Of a DNA stretch of 64,000 nucleotides, positions 52,801 through 64,000 are shown piece after piece. The stretch covers positions 124,001-188,000 of the forward strand of contig RSEE01000032.1 of assembly GCA_003971905.1 (NCBI GenBank). Reading direction: 5' to 3'. Below the pieces are notes generated by a model. That model was not told the DNA's origin and searched no databases. It was given only the letters and a program-made list of their open reading frames with translations. The DNA is from Moniliella sp. 'wahieum' (taxonomy: Eukaryota). Each line of letters begins with the position of its first letter. Position 1 is the stretch's first letter. The position numbers were made by a program, and so were the translations under genes.

Positions 52801-53962
52801 TTCAAGGCAGTCCAAACATTGAGCGAGGAGCGCCGGCACCGGGCCAAGGCCGAGCAGGAGCTCGCCAAGCAATTTTCCGCTCTCTCAACCAGCTCGTTAT
52901 CGAGGGCAACCTGTACCTGCTTTGCAGGTGTGGGGCAGACCACAGCCCTGGCCGCGCGATGTGGGGAGGTGCAAGCTGAGCGGATGTCCATGACCTTGGC
53001 TCGATCGTATACGAGTACGAGCGGATGGTGGGCAGTGTGCGGAAAGCATTCCAGACGCGCGAGGATGCGTGGATCGCGTGGCGCAGGGCCGCTGACGAGC
53101 TGAGCAAGGTGGTGGCCAAGCACGATCGTCTGCGGGACGAAGGGGCGCATGCGGATCGTCGGGACTTGGTTGAGCGCGAGGCTGAGGTCATGCGCCGCCA
53201 CAACCGATTTGATGCCATCTCCCGCACTTGCAAACGCGAGGTGGCCAATTTGACCACGAGCGCATCAAGGACATTCGTTCTGCGTTGGCGGCTTGGGTTC
53301 AGGGCATGATCCACCGACAACAGGAAATGGTCCACGAATGGGAAGAGTACGCTGCCCTTGTCGCTCGACAGACCAACCACCTTCATAAGCCTACACCAGC
53401 CACCGTGGCTGCTACCCCAGCCACGCCGACCCCTGCTCCTACAGCCACTGCGCCTCCTGCATCGAACCAGCTCGCTCAGGCACCTGTAATTGTCCCGGAC
53501 ACAAAGGATGCCCCGCACGCTCCATCTCAAGAGTCGGGAGAGGCAAAAGATGTGTCTCCTTCTGTGACGGAGGGCCCCGAGCCGGCCACTGGACCTACCT
53601 CTGAAGCTTCCGCCACAGCAACGCCTTCAGCTACGGAGACGGCCGTGGAGCCCTCTGGGTCGCCCCCTCCCCCGGCCGAGCAGCGAGAGGCGCCCAAGAT
53701 GGAGGAGGAAGCCCAGCTACCGGCCGAGCCCGTAGAGGCACCCAAGAAGGAAGAGGAAGCCCAGCCGTTGGCCGAGCCAGGCGAAGCGCCTAAAACTCAA
53801 GTGGAAGCCCAACTGCCGGCGGAATCCGTGGAGGCGCCCAAGAATGATGAGGATGCCCATCCGTTGACCGTGCCAGGCGATGCGCCCCAGATTCAAGAGG
53901 ATATTCGTGCTCAGCTGCCTTCCGAATCCTCGCCACCGCTCCCAACTGCTGAAGGTCTGTAG
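49863..53962 (+). CDS. Putative fusion: RmlD/MAT2B-like SDR + E/R/K helix + Vps5-like PX-BAR sorting nexin
   Basis: VLGASGLLG, IVNCAAERRPD, STDYVFDG, YGHSK, RYPTCVEDVA. In-frame intron 51033-51100. EERRKQEEAEA repeats. IKVGDP..HTVY..VLRRYSDFRWLH..HPGVIVPPVPEK (PX). FVETDEWF..YLDSLE (Vps5 BAR). Confidence 0.75.
51240..51490 (+). repeat. About 33-nt coding tandem repeat (EAEERRKQEEA), about 7 copies
   Basis: Repeated GAGGAGCGCCG(A/C)AA(A/G)CAGGAAGA. Confidence 0.85.
53686..53920 (+). repeat. 48-nt coding tandem repeat (EAPKxEEEAQLPAEPx), about 5 copies
   Basis: EAPKMEEEAQLPAEPV / EAPKKEEEAQPLAEPG / EAPKTQVEAQLPAESV / EAPKNDEDAHPLTVPG. Confidence 0.8.
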
Positions 53963-54424
53963 TAGAACCCCGGCGGTGACATGGGAGGGAGGGCGATGGA
54001 AGCACTCATGTTAAGCCCCAGTGGACTGATCTTGTTGATGTGCTACGTTGATGGCATGGGGATAGCATAGGCAGGGTGAGCTGTCCAGTGGGTGCGAATT
54101 GAATGGTACATGACCATCTGCACTCACCACGCTCATGTATGTTTTGGGCTCGCTCTGGACAGCGCAGAACGATCTACGGTAAGCGGTAAGGAGTAAAGCA
54201 GGGATGGCAGGCGACACAATTGCATCCTTTCTCGGAGCGCAATTCAACATCCATCCAAGTAAAACTATCGAAACCAGAAGTGAGAAGAGTGGAGAGGATA
54301 GACATGACCAAAAAGACGAGGAGAGGAGGAGGATTGGGGTGGGGGTGGGGGGGAGGATCCATGCCAGGCGATTTGGGGCACCATCGTGCCATTGGTACCG
54401 GCCCTTGGTGCGTTTGTTAGGCGT

Positions 54425-57400
54425 TTATTGGGCATTGTGCATAACAAGGGCCAAGAGTGCACAGCGGACCCAGACTCCGTTTTTGACCTGGCGCCAGTAG
54501 GCTGCGTGTTCCGACAAGTCCCCTCCTCGGCCAACTCGTTGACGCGGGGGAGCGGGTGCAGAACAATCATGTGGGGCTTGGCACGGGTCAGAACATCGTT
54601 GTTGACCACGTAGGCGTCCTTGACCGCCTCGTACTCGGACGGGTTGCTGAAGCGCTCCTTCTGCACCCGCGTGACATACAGCACGTCTGTCGTCGGCAGC
54701 ACCTCCTGCAGATCCGTCGTCTCGTACTGAGCCACCCCACGTCGCGCCGCCTCCGCCTTGACCTCTCGCGGCATGGCCAGCGCCGCAGGCGAAACGTAGT
54801 TGAGCGTCACACCCGTACAGCGCCAAAAGGCGCACCAAGCTGTGCGTTGTGCGACCATTCTTGAGGTCACCCAGCAACGTGACCGTCAGTCCGCTGACCG
54901 TACCCAGCTCCTCGCGGATGGTAAAGACGTCGAGCAATGCCTGGGTTGGGTGCTCTCCAATGCCGTCGCCGGCATTAATGATGGGCACCGGCGAGGCCCG
55001 CGCTGCCTTCTGAGCCGAACCCACCGCAGGGTGGCGCATGACAATCGCGTCCGCGTAGGAACCAAGCGTGCGCACCGTGTCCTCCAACGTCTCGCCCTTG
55101 GCCACCGACGAGGTTTGACTCTTGACCGGGCACTTGACCACCGAGACGGTACATGGCCGCCTCAAAGGAAGAGGATGCGAGTGGATTCCTCGTAGAAAAG
55201 AGTGCAGAGCACGCGGTTGCGCAGAATCTTGAGCATCCCATTCCGCTCCACACCCATGCGAATCTCCTGGGCAACCGAGAAGAGGGCGTGGAGATCATCA
55301 CGGGTAAACTGCTTCACCGAGAGCATGTGGCGACGGTTGAAGGAGGCGTGCGCCAGCTGCAAGGCCGAAGATGGGCTCAGCTCGCGGGCCGGAGTCGGAG
55401 CACTCACCCGCACCAACTCGCTTGTCGTATCCATCACAGGCGACATTGGCATCTCGCTCTCGGCCACAGACACCCGACGAAGGTGGCGCGTAGCCTTGGA
55501 CACCCCAAACGAGGTCGACACATTTTGGCCCCAGGGCCACGCGACACGCTCTCGCCATCAACAAAGACGGCCTTGCCTTTGCTCACCACACGCGAAACGG
55601 CGCCAACAGTCGTGCGCTCGCCAGCGGCGACCAAATCGTGCCAGTGGGACGCGGGGCGGCGCGGTCGACATCCACCTGCACTTCCGCATCGGGCGGGGCG
55701 ATGAAGCCAAAGATCTCACGCCCTTGAAGAGCTTGTCGTAAATGTCCTCCAGTTGCAGGCGCTTCTCGTTGACTGCATCGAGAAGGAGATGCATACTCTC
55801 CACGATACCAGAAGCAGCCGAGACAGAGTGGCCAAGCTGAACACCCATCATGTAAGCATTCCCACCGTGAGCACGTCAATGTTCGCCAGGTTCTCCCAAG
55901 TGTGCAGCTTGATCCGCCTCGGTCGGAAGGACGGTCGCCTCAGGGTAGGTACCACGGTTGAAGAACAAAGCGTAGATCGGCACATCCACCGAGACCTTGA
56001 GCCCCTTAGCCTTGGCAAGGGTGATGAGCTCAGGTCGGCCGCATCAGTCAGACCAGTGACGTGAATGGCACGCTGCTGCAGGCTGGCCAAGAAGAACGGA
56101 GGCCAGGTCGTTGCCCTTGGTGCTTGTCACCAGCAGGCGGTCCGCAGGCCACTCAGAGGCATTGGCTGCCGCCGTAGCAAGAGGAACGGTCTCCCCGTTC
56201 GGGTAGGAGGTCTACGCAGAGAGTGCGGCTACGCTCCGACAGGGCAGCCACTTCGTCCGGCTGAGTCGTCGGGGGCACGGCAAGCGCCAACGACACATCG
56301 CAATAAGCCGCTCCGGCCAACTTGCCCTCGACGATCGAGAGCGTGTGTTCGTCTCGGACCACGCTGGTAGTCCCCAGAGGCGAGAGGTGGACGGTGGTGA
56401 ACCCAGCGGCAAGCGAAGCCTTGGTCAACTCAGCCAGGTCGCGAGCGCCCACTGTCGGGTCGGCAATGTTAGGCAGGAAGGCGCCAACGTTGAACAGACC
56501 GGGGAAGGTGTGGGTCTGGTGCGAGGTCTTAAAGTCGATGCTCGAGATGGAGAAGTCAGAGCCAGCACGGCGGTAGCGCGCCAGAGCTTCAATGTAGAGC
56601 TTGGCGTTCTTGACATTAGTGATGAGCGGAATAGAGCGGTCAATCGCCAGACGACGGGCCTTGTAACCAATCGAAGTGAACGTAGGGGGACGGCGGTACT
56701 TGTTCTTACTCGGGAGCGAAATGAAGAGAGACGAGACACCTTGCGACAAGTGCGAGAGCAACGAGTAGCTGGACATCTTGTTGTCGTCTCCCTTCCAGTC
56801 CTCATCCTCAGGCAGGGCCTCCAGCTGAATGATTGGGATGCCTTGCTCAGAATAGAAGTCTGCAGTACCGCTCGAGCCGTAGAGAGTGTAGCCCAACTGG
56901 TGCAGCGTCCGTACAGATTGAACCAGCTCCTGCTTCTCGCTGAACGACCCAACCGACAGGAGGACATTCTTCGTTGGCAGCTTAAGGCCAGATGCGACCA
57001 TGCCCTTCAGGTACGCCTCGTACTTGTCGTGACCGAAGCAGGCCACTTCACCCGTCGAGGCCATCTCCACACCCAGAATCGGATCAGCGCCAGCCAGCCG
57101 ACTGAACGAAAACTGCGGAACCTTGACACCAACGTAGTCTTTCGGCAACGTCATCTTGGGGTACGGCTCAATGGGCAGGCCCAGCATCACCTCGGTGGCC
57201 ATCTCAATCGCGTCCACGCCCGTTACCTTCGAGACGAAGGGGAAGGAGCGAGCAGCACGGACGTTGCACTCGATCACCTTGATCTCGTTGTTCTTGGCAA
57301 TGAACTGGATGTTGAACGGACCCGTAACATGGAGCGATTCGGCGATCTTGGCCGTCGCGGCGGTGATCCGGCGCACCGTCTCAGGGTCCAGATCCTGCGG

Positions 57401-60400
57401 AGGGAGGATGAGGGTAGCGTCGCCAGAGTGCACACCGGCATTCTCGACGTGCTCCGAAATGTAGTGCATCACCAGCTTGCCATCGCGGGCGACAGCGTCC
57501 ATCTCAATCTCTTGGCGCCCTCAAGGTACTTGGAAATGACAACCGGGTGTTCACGGTTAACGGCAGCGGCCTGGGAGAGGTAGGAGGAAAGGTCATCCGA
57601 AGAGTAAACCACGTTCATCGCGCCCCCGACAGGACATACGACGGGCGCACCAAAACGGGGTAGCCAAAGCGCTCACAAGCCGAATAGGCGTCATCGTACG
57701 ACGTGAGTTCCTTCCACATGGGCTGGTCCACACCAATTTTGTCAAGCATCCGGGAGAATTTGTACCGGTTCTCGGCCATGTCAATGTTCTCCGGCGACGT
57801 ACCGAGCACCTTGACGTCTTGGCGGTGCAGGGGAAGAGCAATGTTGTTGGGTACCTGGCCACCCATCGAGATGATCACGCCGCTTGACTGCTCAAGGTCA
57901 TAGATGTCCAAAACCGTCTCCAGACTGATCTCGTCAAAGTACAAGCGGTCCGCCTCGTCATAGTCCGTTGACACCGTTTCAGGGTTGTAGTTGATCATGA
58001 CCGTCTTGTAGCCCCGAGAGCGAAGGGTACGCACAGCACGCACAGCACACCAGTCAAACTCGACACTCGAACCGATACGGTACACGCCCGAGCCAAGCAC
58101 AATGACACCCTTGTCGTTGAAGTCCACATCATGCTCAGTGGCGTGGTAGGTGGTGTAAAGGTAGTTGGTGTAGGCTGGGAACTCGGCGGCAACCGTATCA
58201 ATCTGTTTGACGAAAGGCATGATCCCCGTCTCCTTACGAACGCGACGGACAGCAAGTTCAGTGCTGCCCATGCACTTGGCCAGCAGTTTGTCAGAAGCCG
58301 AGCTGTTTACCGGCCCGCAGCTGATCGGCGCTCAACTGCGACAGCGTCTGCTTCGAGAACCAATTGGCAGCCTTGGTAATGCGCTCGAGCTTGCGGAGGA
58401 ACCAACGGTCAATCGAGGTTGCGTCGTGGATCTTGTCGACCGAGTAGCCCTTGCCAAGAGCATTGGCAATAGCAAAGATGCGGCGGTCCGTCGGCACGGC
58501 AAGCTCTTGATCAATCTCATCATCCTTGACAAAGTCGTTCTGGGTATAGGGTAGGGAATGTCAGTAATTGAGCCTACAATAATAACATGAAGCAAAAGGG
58601 TGTTAGTCTCAGGAAACGTACGGTAGCAAAGCCAGGGAAGGACGGGTCGATCGAGCGAATGGCCCGCTGGATTGCCTCTTCGAAAGTACGGCCAATGGAC
58701 ATGACCTCACCAACAGACTTCATTGAAGAGCCCAGAGTGGACGAGACGCGAACAAATTTCCGCAGATCCCAGCGAGGGAACTTGCAGACAACATAGTCGA
58801 GTGACGGCTCAAAGCACGCCGATGTTTCTTGGGTGACTGAATTGCGAATCTCGTTAAGAGGAATGTTGAGACCCAACTTGGCAGCGATAAAGGCAAGCGG
58901 GTACCCGTAGCCTTGGACGCCAGTGCCGACGAACGCGACAGACGGGCGTTAACCTCGATAATGCAGTACTCCTTGCTGTGCGGGTTGAGCGCGTACTGGA
59001 TGTTGCACTCACCCACCACACCCAAGTGGCGAATGACATTGACAGCGGTGGTGCGGAGCATGTTGTAATCCTCATCAGACAGCGTCTGACTGGGGGCAAT
59101 AACGATCGAGTCACCAGTGTGGATGCCGAGCGGGTCAAAGTTTTCCATGTTACAAACGGTGATGCAGTTGTCCTGCGCATCGCGAACCACTTCGTACTCG
59201 ACCTCTTTCCACCCGCGCATAGACTTCTCCACCAGCACTTGCGGGGAGTTGGCAAAAGCGGCCGTGCAGAGCTTCTGAAGTTCATCCACGTTCGAAGCAA
59301 ATCCACTGCCCAACCCACCAAGGGCAAAGGCCGCACGGACAATCACCGGGAAGCCAATCTGCTTGGAAGCCGCCAGTGCTTCTTCCCACGTCGTAGCCGA
59401 GGCCGAGGGTGCGACCTTTTCGTTGATTTCGGCCAGGGCCTTGGCGAACAGGTCCCGGTCTTCCGTAGTGATGATAGTGTCGATCGGAGTACCAAGAATT
59501 GTGACACCCAAAGCAGTAAGCTCCTCCTTAATGGCAATACCGACATTGAGCGCCGTCTGGCCACCAAACGTGACAGCAATGCCGTCGGGCCGTTCGTGCT
59601 TGATGACCTTCAGGACAAACTCGGGGGTGACAGGAACGAAGTAAGACCTTATCCGCCAAGCCGGCGCTCGTTTGGATGGTGGCAATGTTGGGGTTGATGA
59701 GCACAGTGTAGATGCCTTCCTCCTTGAACGCCTTGATCGCCTGACTGCCCGAGTAGTCAAATTCGCCAGCCTGACCAATCGACAGACCACCCGACCCAAG
59801 CACAAGGACCTTGCGCACATTCACCCGCGGGTGCGCCGCCTCGTTGTCTGCCTTCTTGCCCCCAACGAATTGGACTGGAGGCAAGGCCGGAGCAGGGGAG
59901 GTGGCAGCTGCCTTGACCGCGGCACAGTCCACCACCGAACGGATGAACACGTCAAACAGGAACTCCGTGTCGCGCGGGCCAGGCGCCGATTCCGGGTGGA
60001 ACTGGACCGAGAAGAAGGGGCCCTGCGACGAGTAGATACCCTCGTTGGAACCATCATTGGCGTTTTGGAAGAGCTCGTGCCAGCCATGAGGGAGCGAGTC
60101 GACGTTAACGGCGTAACCGTGGTTTTGGGAAGTAATGTAGCAGCGGCCGCTCAGCACGTCCGTGCATGGGATGTTGGCGCCACGGTTACCAAACTTCATC
60201 TTCTCCGTCTTAGCACCGGCAGCAAGCGAAAGAAGCTGGTGGCCAAGGCAGATACCAAAGATGGGCACCACCGCATCGCCTTGCCGGGCGAGTAGCTTTT
60301 CAATCGTCTTGATCGTCGGACCACACATGGTGGGATCACCAGGACCATTCGAGATAAAGACGCCATCAAAGGGCTCAGTCTCCTCTGTCGTCACATCATA

Positions 60401-61461
60401 GTCCCACGGCACCACCTTGAGCTCAACCCGCGAGAGGTGAAGCAGCGGATCTGGTTGCGCTTCATGCCCACGTCAATAGCAATAATCCGAAGCGGGCGAC
60501 CAGAGGGGTGCAACAGCTGGCTGGTAGCGGTCCCTTTGGCGTCATTCGTCGCAGTGGTAGCCAAGGTGAAAACTTCTGGCTTGGTGAGCGACACCTTGGC
60601 GACCAGATTGGTGGCGTTGTTGTCAGCAAAGGGGATTTGCTCAAACTCGACGCGCCAAAGAGCATCAGCGTCACCAGCGAGGCCAGTCACAGGCTTGGTA
60701 GCAGGCGTCAACGCAGGCGAGTCGGCGGCGGCGGCAGCCTTGAGGGCACGCAGCGGATCCTTGGGAGAGGACGAAAAGTTCTGCCGAGCCAACAACTTGC
60801 CCAACATCGACCCCCGTTCACGAATCTTTTTGGTCATGGCACGCGTGTCAATGCCGTAAATGGCAGGCACACCGTTCTCAGCAAGCCACTGGCCCAGGCT
60901 CGACTCGGCCAAAAAGTGAGAAAGTCTTCGCTGTAATACGCCACGACAAGTCCGCAATGTGAATGCGGGACGACTCAAACGGCAGCGCAAGCAGCTTTTG
61001 CGTCGCTGCATCGACCTCTTTGCGCGAGGGGCACCATAGTTCCCCACGAGGGGGAAGGTAAGCACGAGGATCTGACCTTCGTACGACGGGTCGGTGAGGG
61101 ACTCGACGTAGCCAACCATGCCTGACGGAGCAGCAAGCGTTAGCAGGGTGGATCACGAAGCGGCCGAGACCGAAAGAGCAGGTGAGGTACATACCCGTCT
61201 GGAAGACACACTCTCCACTGACGCTCTTGGAGGGTGCACCGAAGCTGAAGCCGCGGAAGGCAGTGCCGTCGGCAAGCTCCAGGACCATATCGCCCGCATC
61301 GGTCGCATGGGCGGCGTAGGGGGCGGGCGCGTGGCAGGCGGGGCAGGGCCCGCGCTGACGGGCGCCGGTGCCAGAACGGTTGCCGTTGCAGTTGCTGGCG
61401 CCGGCGCCGTGGCAGGGGCCGGGGCGGCAGCAGCGGCAGCGGCAGGAGTGGCGGTGCTCAT
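54425..61461 (-). CDS. URA2: Multifunctional pyrimidine enzyme: GATase-CPSase, DHO-like linker, ATCase
   Basis: [95 protein letters not shown]. Confidence 0.98.
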
Positions 61462-61909
61462 GGCAGAAGAGGAGTAAGGGTGGTGGTGGGGACGAAGGGG
61501 AGTTTGGTGGGGGCGGCAGCAACCTTCCTGGCAGGCCAAGTGTCCTACCAGGAAAGAGAGGAAAGGACGCACGCCTCGGCCGCACATCGGCCGCTCTTTT
61601 ATTACACGAAAAAAAATCCGACGCATCGGCCAGGGCCGGGCGGAATTGACCGGGGCCGGCACGGCGCCAGTGTGCGCCCCCAGCCGCATGTATCGCCGCT
61701 GCGTGACGGAGACTCGGCCCAAAAAAAAATGGAGCAGTGCGCGGGGGCAGTGTCCGAGCGTGTCGGCCCGTGCACCGCACAGCGCCAGTGTCGCCCGTTG
61801 CCACCTCTTCAACTTAAATGATGCCCGAGCGAGAAAAGAAAATGGGGCTCTACACACGCCAACTTTAGGGTCGAAACAGGATTGGATTCAATTTGTGATG
61901 CTACGGAAC

Positions 61910-63349
61910 TCACAACCCCCTAACCCCTATCGGTGTCACCGGCCAGCCAGCCACGCCTCCACCGCTCCGCGCCAGCGCCCCATATACGCCCAGTCGTCCC
62001 TCCACCCGCCGCCGCCACGTCCACGCCCGCTGCGCATCGGTCAAAACAGACGTGGCGTGCTCCAACCCAATCGCGTAGTCGTGCAGATCCAGCACCCCGC
62101 ATTGGACCGAGGCACCAGTCCCACTTCAGCAGCCGTCTCCGCCACCTCGTCGCCCCGCCAGTCAACTGACCGGTAATCCTCTGCCACCTGCAACTCAGCC
62201 ACCCCTTCTTCGGCCGAGGTGCCGGCGATCAGCCCCATCTCCACCTCCGCCCCAGTACTTGGCAGGCCAGCTGCCCCGCCCACCAGTACTGCCCCTGGTA
62301 TATGCAGTCGTTCCACCGCTTTGCCCACCGCATACGCACCTGGGCTGATGAAACCAGTTCCGCCCCCTTCAAAACGGTTGAAAGAGAGGATGCCGCGTCA
62401 GCTGGGTCAGGGCTTGTTCGCCCATAGCCGCGCTCACTAGCCGCACCGACACGAGTCGGTCGGGACCCTGGCCACCGAGGTGAAGTAAGGAGGCCAATGA
62501 CCAAGTACGGTAGTTCCCTGGCCAGCCGATTGTATGGAACACACTCCCTGGTGTATGGTGCTCCGGACCGACACGCCAAATTTGCTCGTAGAAAGAAGCG
62601 TTGGAACGTATCCCCTTGGTGGCGGGAAAAAGAGTCGCGTCAGCAACCACCGCCGCACTCGTCGTACCTTCCAGCCCATCAGCCAGGAGCGTCACCGGCG
62701 CTGCCCATTCCTTCTTGTCCCGCCAGCACCCCTGCCACCCCAATCTTGTGTGCCGATTCGGGGTGTCGATCCCATATCACGTCCGTCTGCTGGGCCGGCA
62801 CAATGTTCACCCCCATGCGCGTTGCCTTTTAGCCAGAGCCGCGATGAGCGCCGTCGTAGAGACGATCTGTCGGTCCCGCAGGCCCGTCGATGTCAACCCC
62901 CGAAACTTCTTCAGTGAAAGGGGATAGTGGCGGGAAGGAGTGAGAAAGTAGGCGCGCTCATCCGTAGTGGTGTGCAGCTCAACTGGGCCTGCGAAGTGCC
63001 ACGACGGCAATAGACTTTGCAGTGCACTGGTATTGACCACATCGTGCGTTCCGCCCACGCAACGGGCGAGAAAGGAACGTCAAGCACGCTGATCCGCACT
63101 GTGTCCTTTTCCTCCTGAGCCAGTTGGGCAGCCTTGACTGCTGCGCTGAGTCCGGCTGGACCGGCGCCAAGAATTAAGACATCGCACGTGTCCTGGGACC
63201 CCCTTTCCGGATCCCAACTTCCATGTCGGGGGGGTAGGAAGTGGCGATTCGTCGAAGATGAGGGAGAAAAAAGTAGAGTGTCGTAGGAGGGGAACAGAAC
63301 GGGTGGTGGATGGAAGAGTCGAGGCGGAGAGGGCACGGACTAGGGCCAT
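61910..63349 (-). CDS. Diverged ETF-ubiquinone oxidoreductase-like flavoprotein
   Basis: Presequence-like N-terminus; DVLILGAGPAGLSAA..AQL; TLLADG; EQIWRV..PGSVFHTIGWP; HPLF; IPGAVLVGGAAG. Confidence 0.65.
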
Positions 63350-64000
63350 CGTGGCAAGACACGAATACCGTCGCCATCCTAGCACCATTGCTTCGGCCTC
63401 TCAGATCTCAGGCGAGAAGGACGGCGCGAGGAAGATTACCTAATGCAGCGTAAAAAAAGCCACGAAACACTGCGCAAAATGGGACAGTATCATGCATCAG
63501 ATCGATCATCGATTTTCGGCTGATTCATCAGGCCTTCGGCCTTGGTTACATCACTCCTCCCTCTTCGCCTACGATCGCCTACGAGGATCAGGCCAGCAGG
63601 GTGGCGATCACCGACGTCCCGCTCGCTCGCCCGGCACATTTGCAGACCCCTCGCGCTCCCCCTAGTAGGAGACCAATGGTGTTGCCAGTAAGTCAGGAAC
63701 CCCTCTGCCGCCATTAAATTCATCTCCAAATTGATCTAGCCCTAGGGGGTACGGATGAAGCTGATGAGAATAAGCGCCATACAGGGCATTGTTTGTCATC
63801 GTCTCTCCCTTGCTGTTCCGTCCTCTACCCTGGCCTCACCGGTCACCCCGCAAGCAGCCCCGACCCCGTCATCGATAGCACTCACTATCTGTGGCGATTC
63901 CTCCTCTATCTCTCCGCTAGTGTCGATAGCCCCAAGGGATCGGGAGGTCTCGCCAACTCGTCCCTGTGGTTTGTGTTTTTTTGGCGAATGCCAGTATGGA

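Noticed and set aside
55560..56520. Degenerate dihydroorotase domain in URA2
   Set aside because: An inactive DHO-like linker is the established fungal URA2 architecture.
56345..57583. 412-aa plus-strand ORF and similar long ORFs (32265-33674, 26606-27667, 48943-50229)
   Set aside because: Antisense shadows of well-supported genes in GC-rich, codon-biased DNA.
9860..61461. Mass pseudogenisation or programmed frameshifting
   Set aside because: The indels hit essential genes at scattered sites with otherwise conserved sequence, so sequencing error is more parsimonious.

Overview
GC-rich, intron-containing fungal genomic DNA, most consistent with a basidiomycete (short GT..AG introns with CTAAC/CTGAC branch points, URA2-type CPSase-ATCase fusion, CAP10-like GT90). 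The window is gene-dense and mostly housekeeping: NEDD8, a GT90 glycosyltransferase, KRE33/NAT10, an alpha-arrestin, two gamma-tubulin complex subunits, KTI12, ADA1/Tad1, GluRS, PTPA, LSM3, HOP2, ALG8, a peroxiredoxin, a mitochondrial carrier, RRP40, an OPT transporter, MPP10, URA2 and an ETF-QO-like gene. Nearly every gene, including essential ones, has several 1-nt frameshifts, best explained as uncorrected long-read indels, so gene boundaries were reconstructed by eye and are approximate. The most unusual items are: (1) an apparent single-gene fusion of an RmlD/MAT2B-like NAD(P) reductase to a Vps5-like PX-BAR sorting nexin through an E/R/K helical repeat; (2) a tandem two-domain BCP/PrxQ peroxiredoxin with a shifted second cysteine; (3) an SYG/Asn-rich prion-like repeat protein; (4) a diverged, C-terminally short ETF-QO-like flavoprotein; (5) an orphan LysM-like segment; (6) intergenic short-motif arrays. 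I recognised no RNA genes, CRISPR arrays or transposons. All family assignments come from motif recall, not database searches.
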